A stretch of DNA of 64,000 nucleotides from Candidatus Collierbacteria bacterium GW2011_GWB2_45_17 (GTDB taxonomy: Bacteria; Patescibacteriota; Microgenomatia; UBA1400; MFAQ01). The notes below the pieces were generated by a model. The model had not been told where the DNA came from, made no database searches, and saw nothing but the letters and a program-made list of their open reading frames with translations. A program made the position numbers and the translations under genes. Where the stretch lies: contig LCKO01000006.1 in the NCBI GenBank assembly GCA_001001485.1, positions 4,350 to 68,349 on the forward strand, written 5' to 3'. Shown one piece after another: positions 54,911 through 63,192 of this stretch (its first letter is position 1; each line of letters opens with the position of its first letter).

Positions 54911-55743
54911 AGAATGATTCCTTGGCGGATAATCAGAAGGATAATAGCCATCCCGGCGAAGTAAGTTAGGTGAGCCCAGGTTTTACCGGAAAGTCGAATA
55001 AGATTGTACCTTAAGACAAAGATCCAGTCGAGACTAAGGGCAAACAGAATTAAGATCACAAAGGCGAGTGACCAAGACCGCGAAAGATCTAGAGGGGATA
55101 AACCCGATGAAGGAATGATTTTTTCACTGGCTAAAACCGGCAGGGCATCGACCGTACTGGAAGCGATGCGGGAAACGGAAGTCTGGGGGGTACCAAACAT
55201 TTGAACAACAATGGTGGTCTCGACACCGTTTATGTAGCCATCCATGACGGCAACTCCGATGTCTTGGTAACGGCTATCCAGCAAATTTTTCTTGTGGGTG
55301 GAAGAAGCCATCCAAGCCGAGACGATGTCTTTGGGATTGCTAAAGTCACGAGCCAAGTTTTCACCGGCGTGCTGATATTTGTAACCGGCATTGGAAACGA
55401 AAGTCCAAGGCTCGGTACCCTGGGGCGAAACATGGGCCCAGTAATTATTGGCAAACATGTCGGTGGCCTTGGCGAGGGCGGCTTGAGACAGTTCCGGACT
55501 TGATCTGACGATTTCGAGACCGGCATTAAGCCTTTGATTGTTGGTCAATTCGATCACTTTGGCCACGTCAATTTGAGAAGCATAACCGAGAACTCCCGGA
55601 AGAAGCCCAATGGTGATATCGACGATGGACCGGCCCATGATAAAAAGACCAATGAGAATGACAATTGAACGAGGCCAGAGAAGCCTTGCTTTGTGATTGT
55701 TGTGGGGATGTGGAACAAAAAGAGTGAGGGCAGGGTGCGCCAT
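54907..55743 (-). CDS. CAP/SCP-domain membrane protein
   Basis: YWAHVSP, AGENLA, WMASSTHKKN and DIGVAV motifs. Confidence 0.88.
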   Translation of the reverse strand: MAHPALTLFVPHPHNNHKARLLWPRSIVILIGLFIMGRSIVDITIGLLPGVLGYASQIDVAKVIELTNNQRLNAGLEIVRSSPELSQAALAKATDMFANNYWAHVSPQGTEPWTFVSNAGYKYQHAGENLARDFSNPKDIVSAWMASSTHKKNLLDSRYQDIGVAVMDGYINGVETTIVVQMFGTPQTSVSRIASSTVDALPVLASEKIIPSSGLSPLDLSRSWSLAFVILILFALSLDWIFVLRYNLIRLSGKTWAHLTYFAGMAIILLIIRQGIIL

Positions 55744-55854
55744 AACTTAATCCATTATAAGAGCTTGCTCGTCTTCTTTACAATAACCAAGTTATTGTAA
55801 TATCCAGACTGCGCTTCCTCTTATAATCCCTTGTAACTTCGTTACAATGTTGGA

Positions 55855-56154
55855 TTATGGCACAAAATAAATCGGCTCCACTGGGCTGTTTTGACCATTG
55901 ACCGGAAGGCCGAGGGCAAAACCTAGCGTGTTGGCGATGGCGACCCCGATGCGAGTGCCGGTGAAAGAGCCGGGGCCGAGATTCACCAGGATTTCCGTGA
56001 TATCTTCTTGTTTCAAGCCCTCCTCTGCCAAACAAGATAGAAGAAAGCCAAAAACGTCTTGATTTCTGGGAGAGTCGACTTTGTTCACGAATTCTTTATT
56101 ACCCAGACGGATGATGACTTGAGTGTTGTTGGTGGAGTCGAGATAGAGTTTCAT
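55855..56154 (-). CDS. tsaB: Short TsaB-like protein (t6A pathway)
   Basis: LYLDST and VNLGPGSFTGTRIGVAIAN motifs. Only 99 aa. Confidence 0.82.
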   Translation of the reverse strand: MKLYLDSTNNTQVIIRLGNKEFVNKVDSPRNQDVFGFLLSCLAEEGLKQEDITEILVNLGPGSFTGTRIGVAIANTLGFALGLPVNGQNSPVEPIYFVP

Positions 56155-56161
56155 ATATGGA

Positions 56162-57037
56162 TTATATATTTTCGCTGGCTATGTCGGTTAGACACTTGAC
56201 GGAATTGGTGATGTTACCCAGGGTAAAAATGCTAATACCGTTAATTCCCAGTTCTGGAGTGTTTTTTTCGGCTAGCTCGGTTAGGAGGTACCTGGGTGAA
56301 AAGCCGGTAATCATACCTGTAGCCAGAGACATTGCTAATTTTGGTTTTGACTTTAAAAAGGCCATGGCGTCTTTGATACCGATAGTCTCTAAAACCTTGA
56401 CAAAGGAATTCCACTTCAGTTTTCCGAGAAGTCCGAGCTCGACCGGTAAATAAACACCTCTTTGTCTAATTTCCATAAGCCAATTAAAAAGAGTGTCGGC
56501 ATCGAAAAACATCTGTGTGACTATTTCCATTTGCACACCTGCCTTCTCGGCAAATTCTTGTTTCTGTAGTAACACTTCGATCGGATCCATATCCATTACC
56601 GGATTGCCTTCCGGGTAACCGCCAATTCTTATTTTTTTGGGCAATATCCCTCTAATTAATAAACCATTAAGAACATCTTCAGTCTTTTTGAAGTCTTCGA
56701 AAGATGGGTCACCATCTCCTCCAACAATGAAGGCTTTTTCCATGCCGGCGTTTATTAATCTAAGAGAGACCTCGTCAAAATGATCTTGACTATAAATACG
56801 TCTGGCGGCGAGGTGTGGCCAAACTCTTTTCATTTTTTCCGGTCCCAGCATCTCAGCAAAATGCACCGTCTCTTCAATACCGGTGGGTCGACAGGTGACA
56901 CTAATCGTATTGGTTTCGGGGATGATATTTATCAAATCCAAAGCCTTTTCGGTCGGTAAGACTTCGTAATTGGCTTCTGTGATCCACTGTTTTAGATATT
57001 CCGGAGGGGTAAGTCTTTCGGCTGATTTTTCGAGCAT
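56162..57037 (-). CDS. Methylenetetrahydrofolate reductase-like (MetF family)
   Basis: PHLAAR, VGGD, GGYPEG, VTQMFFD and FTLG motifs. Confidence 0.8.
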   Translation of the reverse strand: MLEKSAERLTPPEYLKQWITEANYEVLPTEKALDLINIIPETNTISVTCRPTGIEETVHFAEMLGPEKMKRVWPHLAARRIYSQDHFDEVSLRLINAGMEKAFIVGGDGDPSFEDFKKTEDVLNGLLIRGILPKKIRIGGYPEGNPVMDMDPIEVLLQKQEFAEKAGVQMEIVTQMFFDADTLFNWLMEIRQRGVYLPVELGLLGKLKWNSFVKVLETIGIKDAMAFLKSKPKLAMSLATGMITGFSPRYLLTELAEKNTPELGINGISIFTLGNITNSVKCLTDIASENI

Positions 57038-57044
57038 GTTCAGA

Positions 57045-57479
57045 TTAATAAGAAACTATTTTTATTTCTCTCTGGTCATCACCGGTGGCTTTGAAGAAGA
57101 TATCGATTCGCTTTTGGGGTAGAATATCAATAAATTTTTCCGGCCACTCAATAACCATTAAGTTGGTAGGATCGTACCAGATTTCTTCAACATCAAAGGC
57201 TTTGATTTCAGCTATGGAGCCCAGACGATAGAGATCAAGGTGGTAAAAGGTTTTAATTACCGGATGGTTGGTGATCGGATACTCGCGCATGATAATAAAA
57301 GTGGGAGAAACCAAACGGGGAATAGTGAAGAAAGAAGCCAGTCCTTGAGTAAAAGTAGTTTTCCCCGCGGCCAGAGCCCCATAAAGACAGATGGTAGTCC
57401 CCTCTTCTAGCCCAGAGGCAAGGTTGTGGGCTATTGCTTGAGTTTCTTGAGCGGAGCTACTAATAAAGAGCTGTTCCAT
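57045..57479 (-). CDS. tsaE: tRNA threonylcarbamoyladenosine ATPase
   Basis: GALAAGKTT, VSPTF, HLDLYRL and IEW motifs. Start at MEQLF. Confidence 0.92.
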   Translation of the reverse strand: MEQLFISSSAQETQAIAHNLASGLEEGTTICLYGALAAGKTTFTQGLASFFTIPRLVSPTFIIMREYPITNHPVIKTFYHLDLYRLGSIAEIKAFDVEEIWYDPTNLMVIEWPEKFIDILPQKRIDIFFKATGDDQREIKIVSY

Positions 57480-57820
57480 AATTGGTGTTTGATAATGATT
57501 AAAGTGGAGATAACTAAACCGATGGAGTCGATGCCCACATCCCAAAGCTTACCGGCCCGGAAAGGCACAAACAGTTGATGAATTTCGTCGGTAAAGGCAA
57601 AAATTATGGAGAACAAAAAAGCTTTGGCCGGATTCTTTATCCCCACCGCCCGGTACATCAATAACATGAGCAGGATGTATTCCAAAACATGAGCAAATTT
57701 CTTGGAAAAAAAGTCTTCGGCGACGGTGCCATTGACGGGGAGGTCGGACCTCGCAGAAAAAGAGAACATCAGAATCATCCAGAGTATTACCGGCATGTAT
57801 CTCAATAGAAATTTTCCCAT
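57431..57820 (-). CDS. VanZ-family membrane protein
   Basis: KKFAHVLEY and TDEIHQLFVPFR..DVGIDSIG motifs. Confidence 0.88.
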   Translation of the reverse strand: MGKFLLRYMPVILWMILMFSFSARSDLPVNGTVAEDFFSKKFAHVLEYILLMLLMYRAVGIKNPAKAFLFSIIFAFTDEIHQLFVPFRAGKLWDVGIDSIGLVISTLIIIKHQLWNSSLLVAPLKKLKQ

Positions 57821-57829
57821 GTGATTATT

Positions 57830-58981
57830 CTAATCTTTTTTATGCCTAAAATACAACCAGCCACCAGAAACGGTGCTTAAGATAGCGCCAAAAACAAAAG
57901 TGTATTTGAGGATTATGTTACGGTTTGGATTTGTTTCCATTGACGTCGGTATTGATTCGGGCGGGATTAATCCCGCCCCTACAGGGGAATCAACAAGGTT
58001 GGCGGAATCGGTGGATTCGCCGAGGACCGAGGAGGGTGTTGCAGTAGCCTGCAAGGCCTGGCCTTGCAGGGGCTTGATGGATGGAGTTGAGGTCGGGGTT
58101 TTTGTAGGAGTTGGTGTCGGCGATTTTGTAGGAGTTGGAGATGGTGTGGGTGTCGGAGTAGGTGCAAGTGTCGTTTCTACAATATTTTTTGAGAGGATTG
58201 GATTAACTTCAAAACTTTCTCCAGAATTGAATGTTTTTTGCTCACTCCAGTCAGCGTAACCTTGTTTGACAAGCTTGATAGTATGGCTACCAAGATCACA
58301 ACTAACTTCGTTTGAATCGTCACAATGACAACCGGCGCAAAAATAAATTGACTCCGGCGCGTAGTGATGGGTATAACCACCGTCAACAAATATCTTAATG
58401 TTAGACAAAGTGGCTCCGTCGGAATCCTTGACAGAATTTATTTTGTAAATAGATTTTGCCGGAGTTGGTGTAGGAGTTTGAGTGGGGGTTGGTGACTCGG
58501 TGACGGGAGAAGCTGTTGGACTGGGAGTAGAGGTGGGGCTTGGAGAGGGACCGGCAACCGCTATCAAAGTAACGTCTGAAGATTGAGAAAAACTAGTACC
58601 ACTAGCAGTGTAACGGCCCACTTTGAAGTAGTAATCTCCAGCTGGTTTGTCCGAGTCGAACTTAAACTTCATCTGGCCGTTCCAACTCCCCGATTCAACT
58701 TTGAAATAACTTGACGGAGATCCGGATAAGTTAACCCACCCTCCAGAATTGTTTTTTGTATAGCCAAAGTAGGAGGTACTGGAGTCAGGATAGAAGAAAA
58801 CCCCCCGGATATATGAGGAACCACAACCGGAACATGTTAAAACCACGTCGACGGTTAATTCTTGGTCCACCATAATTGAGGATGGAACGCTTCCAGTGCT
58901 AATAGAGGAGGCGGAAATAATAACTTTTGGGAACAGAATAACCCAGACAAAAAGAAACAATACGGGCAGGATTTGTTTCAC
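57830..58981 (-). CDS. Surface protein with signal peptide, Pro/Thr-rich linkers, a PEGA-like domain and a C-terminal anchor
   Basis: SPTPTPTP tracts, GSHTIKLVKQGYADW, and a C-terminal TM followed by RHKK. Confidence 0.75.
   Translation of the reverse strand: MKQILPVLFLFVWVILFPKVIISASSISTGSVPSSIMVDQELTVDVVLTCSGCGSSYIRGVFFYPDSSTSYFGYTKNNSGGWVNLSGSPSSYFKVESGSWNGQMKFKFDSDKPAGDYYFKVGRYTASGTSFSQSSDVTLIAVAGPSPSPTSTPSPTASPVTESPTPTQTPTPTPAKSIYKINSVKDSDGATLSNIKIFVDGGYTHHYAPESIYFCAGCHCDDSNEVSCDLGSHTIKLVKQGYADWSEQKTFNSGESFEVNPILSKNIVETTLAPTPTPTPSPTPTKSPTPTPTKTPTSTPSIKPLQGQALQATATPSSVLGESTDSANLVDSPVGAGLIPPESIPTSMETNPNRNIILKYTFVFGAILSTVSGGWLYFRHKKD
57959..57982 (-). repeat. In-frame GTAG-tagged REP palindrome
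   Basis: Minus strand GTAG followed by the perfect 20-bp palindrome GGGCGGGATTAATCCCGCCC. Encodes VGAGLIPP. Confidence 0.75.
58044..58071 (+). repeat. In-frame GTAG-tagged palindrome CCTGCAAGGCC-T-GGCCTTGCAGG
   Basis: 11-1-11 palindrome encoding PLQGQALQA. An intergenic twin lies at 59033-59055. Confidence 0.8.
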
Positions 58982-59009
58982 TAATTAAAATATAACAGAA
59001 CACAAAACA

Positions 59010-59060
59010 CTACAAGGAGACTCCTCGTAGAGCCCTGCAAGGCCAGGCCTTGCAGATACT
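59010..59060. repeat. Intergenic palindrome pair
   Basis: ctacaaggagactcctcgtag, then ccctgcaaggccaggccttgcag. Confidence 0.75.
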
Positions 59061-59104
59061 ATGTATGCTTAAAAGTAAGCGCTTGCCCGTCTTCTGCTCA
59101 ATGG

Positions 59105-59134
59105 TTGTTATATGGCACTAAACGTGGTATAAAT
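59105..59134 (+). promoter_or_regulatory. Putative promoter facing the DUF3800 3' end
   Basis: TTGTTA-17 nt-TATAAA(T) with an extended TG. The -10 box is imperfect. Confidence 0.5.
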
Positions 59135-59139
59135 AGGTT

Positions 59140-59204
59140 AGACAGTAATTCCTCAATCGTGGGATTCCGGATGGTTTCTCATAAAAGCGATTGGGGTTTG
59201 TTGT
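59140..59204 (+). ncRNA. Candidate DUF3800-associated hairpin ncRNA (copy 2)
   Basis: ACAGUAA/UUGUUGU and CCUCAAUCG/CGAUUGGGG stems, an inner stem and a GGAU loop. Several G-U pairs favour the + strand. Confidence 0.62.
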
Positions 59205-59205
59205 A

Positions 59206-59841
59206 CTAAGGAAACAAAAAGCTTTCTTCTACGATGACTTTTTTAATAATGTCGTAATACTTTGAATCTCCCCGCTCGTATTTTCGGAATATTGACCATG
59301 ATATAAAATCTACTGCTTGTAACTGTTTTACTTGTCTGGGAGTTTTGACTTCTATATTTATTTTAACTTTGTGTTTACTAGTTACTTGAGTTTTTAAATA
59401 ACTTTCAAAATTTTGATTTAAAAAACGATTTGTCTCGCGCTTTGAAGCGATTATGGTAATTGTATTTGAATCAACAATTTTTTTTGAAAAAATTCTATCC
59501 AACAATATGTTGGTTACGAAATTGTACAAAACATGTTTTTCATTTTGGAGTTTGGTATATACCTTTGATTTGTTTAGACAAATTATCATAACCCTTGGTT
59601 TTAGGGTTACTAATTTAGACAAGAGTTTTTTTCTTGTTTTTGGAGATTCTTTGACAGCATGGAGTACTCCTCCAGAGAGTCTCTTCACCTTTTTTCGTAA
59701 ATTAGAGTGAGTTAGTTTGACAAGCTTTTCGATTCTTTTTTCTTCTTCGGTAAACAGAATTGTAACTATAAAATACTTTGATACTCTTTTTGTTTTTGAA
59801 AATCCTAGGTCGCCACTTTCATCTAAATATATCGTTGCCAT
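59206..59841 (-). CDS. DUF3800-family protein
   Basis: IYLDESGDLG, VLHAVK and LQAVDFISW motifs. AT-rich. Confidence 0.88.
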   Translation of the reverse strand: MATIYLDESGDLGFSKTKRVSKYFIVTILFTEEEKRIEKLVKLTHSNLRKKVKRLSGGVLHAVKESPKTRKKLLSKLVTLKPRVMIICLNKSKVYTKLQNEKHVLYNFVTNILLDRIFSKKIVDSNTITIIASKRETNRFLNQNFESYLKTQVTSKHKVKINIEVKTPRQVKQLQAVDFISWSIFRKYERGDSKYYDIIKKVIVEESFLFP

Positions 59842-59853
59842 TATTTTTGTAAA

Positions 59854-61077
59854 CTATTTAAGATGGAGGTAGAGTGTCATTTTTCCATTATTTTGGAAAA
59901 GCCGAACATTGTTTCCAAAACTGGTTGATCCTCTATAGAAGTAAGCCACACCATCGTCAACCGCCCTGACAATAGTATCATTCGATCCAGACAAGTCGAG
60001 TCCATGATGGAAATTGTCTCTATAATAATAAAAATACGGTGTATGTCCGTAACACTGGGTAACTCTTACTTCATTCATTGGCCATGAAGCAGAGCCATTT
60101 CCAAAATCTTTTGTAACCGATGAATTTCGAGTGTCGTCACAAGCATCTTTATAAAAAAATATATTTCTTCGTGAAAGAACGCTTTCTGGATTTAGACTTT
60201 TATCACCATACCAACTAATATCTCCTGTTGAATAATTAGAGTGGTCTTTTTCTGAAAGATTATAGTAACCGAAATGGAGATGAGCCCCCTTTGAAAAGCC
60301 GGTATTCCCCATTACTCCAATAATATCTCCCTTTTTAACATCCTTTTTGCCGGTAAATTGTGATGAAGCCAGAGATGTTAGCTCCGCTGTTGCCTCAGCT
60401 TTGAGGGATTGAAATTTCTTTTCATCATTCTGAAATTGAACAAGCAGGACTTGCTTGTCGGCCACTTGTGAATCAAGAACTTTTTTTTGCGAAATGAGTT
60501 TTGCCTTTAGTTTTTCAACTTCCTTTTGTTTCGTGACTTTGTCCTGTTTTCTCTGATCGTAGTCGAGACGCGAGCGTTCCAGCTCCGAAAGAATCAGTTG
60601 ATCCTTGGCCTTAATGGTATTAAGGTATTTTAATTTAGTTAAGAAGTCTCCAAATGAACTAGTCGAAAAAATCATGTCTATCGGAGTCACACGGGAACGG
60701 CGGTAGCTTTCTCTGACTCTCGCCAGATAGATTTTTCCCAGCTCGTCCATGGACTCGTTCACCGTTTCCAAAACTCCGCCTAAAACGGTTATTTCTTTTT
60801 CCAGAGAGTTAATCTGGATCTGGGTTCGATTGATCTCAGCCCGAGCAAGATTTATTTTTGAATTTAAGGTAGATATCGCTTGTTGATAAGTAGCTATTTG
60901 GCTTTCTGATGTGGAAATCTTCTCGTCACAAGCTTTACTTACATTGTCCCAAAAAGTAATTAATTGATCCGGAGGAAGCCCAGATTGTGGTTTGTCTTCA
61001 CAGTAAACAGCATGAACACCAGTTGGAATCAAAAAAGCTCCGAGGAGAAGAAAAAGAAAGATGAGAGTTTTTTTCAT
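59854..61077 (-). CDS. Secreted coiled-coil protein with a permuted M23 peptidase domain (FtsEX partner, EnvC/PcsB-like)
   Basis: Signal peptide and long coiled coil. GNTGFSKGAHLHF precedes HHGLDL..YLHL. Confidence 0.8.
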   Translation of the reverse strand: MKKTLIFLFLLLGAFLIPTGVHAVYCEDKPQSGLPPDQLITFWDNVSKACDEKISTSESQIATYQQAISTLNSKINLARAEINRTQIQINSLEKEITVLGGVLETVNESMDELGKIYLARVRESYRRSRVTPIDMIFSTSSFGDFLTKLKYLNTIKAKDQLILSELERSRLDYDQRKQDKVTKQKEVEKLKAKLISQKKVLDSQVADKQVLLVQFQNDEKKFQSLKAEATAELTSLASSQFTGKKDVKKGDIIGVMGNTGFSKGAHLHFGYYNLSEKDHSNYSTGDISWYGDKSLNPESVLSRRNIFFYKDACDDTRNSSVTKDFGNGSASWPMNEVRVTQCYGHTPYFYYYRDNFHHGLDLSGSNDTIVRAVDDGVAYFYRGSTSFGNNVRLFQNNGKMTLYLHLK

Positions 61078-61979
61078 TTTGACCGCTTGACGAACCTGGC
61101 GGCGGCGAAGAAACTAGAGATAAAGGAAAGTATCAAGCCAAAGACCAGTAGAGAGAGAAGTAACAAAAGAATGACTTCGGGGCGGATGGGAAAGGAAATA
61201 ACCCCACCAAGTCTAGGAGCGAGGAAGGGGGTAGAGTAAAGAAGGGTGATGTAGCTTAATACCCAGCCAAAAAGAGCACCGACGAGACCGTAGATAACTG
61301 ATTCAAGGAGGTATGGCTTGATAATGTAGAAGTTCCGAGCACCGAGAAGTTTGAGAGTACCTATCTCCAAACGACGGGAGGAAATCTTCATGGAAATAAT
61401 AATCATGATGGTCAGAACGCAGACGATGGTCAGAGCGATGATGAGTAACAATCCAGCCATACGAATGGCATTGGTCCACTTGGTCAGCTCCGAAATGACA
61501 TCTTCGGGAAAGTCAATTTCCTTTTTGCTCGCCGGAGTCTCACTGACAACATCGGACTTTTCCAAAATGGAGACAATGGTTCCGAAAGACTTCGGATCAC
61601 TGGCGGTAATCTCGACACTGGCAGGCAGGATATCGGCGGTGACAATGCCCCAGTCGGTGACTGTACCCAAAAGTATCGGATCGTTGCCGACGCTTTTTTT
61701 ATAGAGCTCCAGTGCATCTTGTTTGCTGATATAAATGGCGTTTTTGACCCCTTGAGTGGAGGTGAGATTACTTATCAGGCCAGCAACCTGATCGGTGGTA
61801 TGGCCGTCCTTTAAATAAGCGATGATCTGGGGTTTGGTTTCAAAGTTTAAGAGTATGGAGTGCGAGGCGAGGGTGACCAGGGTAAAAATGCCAACGACAA
61901 ATAGAGTAATGGAGACGACAAAAATGGCGGCTAATGCTTGAAAGGGAGTGCGGCGGATATTTTTTAAAGCGGTGTTCAT
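61074..61979 (-). CDS. ftsX: Cell division permease FtsX
   Basis: ISKQDAL, LPAS and RRLEIGTLKLLGA..IIKPYLLE motifs. Confidence 0.9.
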   Translation of the reverse strand: MNTALKNIRRTPFQALAAIFVVSITLFVVGIFTLVTLASHSILLNFETKPQIIAYLKDGHTTDQVAGLISNLTSTQGVKNAIYISKQDALELYKKSVGNDPILLGTVTDWGIVTADILPASVEITASDPKSFGTIVSILEKSDVVSETPASKKEIDFPEDVISELTKWTNAIRMAGLLLIIALTIVCVLTIMIIISMKISSRRLEIGTLKLLGARNFYIIKPYLLESVIYGLVGALFGWVLSYITLLYSTPFLAPRLGGVISFPIRPEVILLLLLSLLVFGLILSFISSFFAAARFVKRSK

Positions 61980-62668
61980 TTATTTTTCGTTTTGGGTTTT
62001 GTAGAGTGAGATTCGGAGTCTGAGATTATCTTACCTTTTTCCAGCATAATTCGCCTGGCAGAGCTTAGATCGATGAGGGTGACGTCGTGGGTGGCCATGA
62101 TGACGGTGGTACCATCGGAGTTTATTTTTTTTAGCAAATTAAATATTTCAATAGAAGTTTCTTTGTCTAAATTTCCGGTGGGCTCGTCTGCAAAAAGAAT
62201 GGGTGGATCGGCCGCTATGGCTCTGGCGATAGCCGCTCTTTGAATTTCACCTCCGGAAAGCTGGACGGGGAAGAGATTTTCTTTTCCGGGAATACCAACC
62301 ATGTCCAACAACCGATTAATTTTGTCCGAAATCTTTTTTGGGGAGTAACCCCCTATTTCCAACGAGAGGGCAATGTTCTCTCCAACTGTCTTGTCCGGAA
62401 TTATTTTGTAATCTTGGAAGATAAAGCCGATTTTCCGACGAAGAGGTGGAATGTTTTTGGGCTTGATCTTGGAAAGATCCTCGCCATCGATAATGATTTT
62501 ACCTTTGGTGGGTAGCAAATCACGGATAAGAAGACGGCCTAAAGTAGTTTTTCCCACACCGGACTTGCCGGTAATGACCACGAACTCTCCGGGAGAAACG
62601 GAAAAATCAATATCGTCTAAGACTGTGTCACCAGAATAAGTTTTGGTGACGTGAGAAAAATCAATCAT
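61976..62668 (-). CDS. ftsE: Cell division ATP-binding protein FtsE
   Basis: GKSGVGKTT, LRRKIGFIFQDYK, LSGGE and ADEPTGNLD motifs. Confidence 0.92.
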   Translation of the reverse strand: MIDFSHVTKTYSGDTVLDDIDFSVSPGEFVVITGKSGVGKTTLGRLLIRDLLPTKGKIIIDGEDLSKIKPKNIPPLRRKIGFIFQDYKIIPDKTVGENIALSLEIGGYSPKKISDKINRLLDMVGIPGKENLFPVQLSGGEIQRAAIARAIAADPPILFADEPTGNLDKETSIEIFNLLKKINSDGTTVIMATHDVTLIDLSSARRIMLEKGKIISDSESHSTKPKTKNK

Positions 62669-63189
62669 TTTGGTAGAGGCATGTTCAGATTTTCGACCTT
62701 CACACGACCAACATCCATCAACCAACCTGCCTTTTGACCTTTAAAGGTTTCTCCCCAAACAGTGATTTGGTGACCCACTAAAGTATCAAGATCGATAACT
62801 GAGCTAGTCATATAAACAGTTTGCGAGATGCCACCTGGACGGACTAGTTTGTGAGTACCCTCACCGTTTAGACCACCTTTGTCCAGAACACCGGTGGCTG
62901 AAGTATTGAAGGCTTTTTCGTCGGCCGAGCCATAGATATCTCCCACCTTGACGCCTGTTTGAGGAACTTCTGCTTGGATATTTTTTAAATCACCTGAAGT
63001 GCCACTCGCCAGTTTGCCGGAAATACGGGTCTTCAGGCTTGCCCCGATATAAAAACCAACGATAGCCACAACTAAAAAGATAATGACTGTCAGGTAATTT
63101 GATCTCTTTTCGACTACCAAAACCGGTTGGTCTATCGCCGGTTCGGTGCCTGGATCTAGTTTGTCTAGATCAATCGTCTTTATTTCCAT
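62665..63189 (-). CDS. Hypothetical membrane-anchored protein (OB-fold-like C-terminus)
   Basis: One TM; GEGTHKL..SSVIDLD..VWGET..GWLMDVG. Confidence 0.65.
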   Translation of the reverse strand: MEIKTIDLDKLDPGTEPAIDQPVLVVEKRSNYLTVIIFLVVAIVGFYIGASLKTRISGKLASGTSGDLKNIQAEVPQTGVKVGDIYGSADEKAFNTSATGVLDKGGLNGEGTHKLVRPGGISQTVYMTSSVIDLDTLVGHQITVWGETFKGQKAGWLMDVGRVKVENLNMPLPK

Positions 63190-63192
63190 AAC

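Noticed and set aside
58080-58550. Repetitive GGAGTTGGTGT-like tracts
   Set aside because: Explained by the Pro/Thr codons of the linkers.
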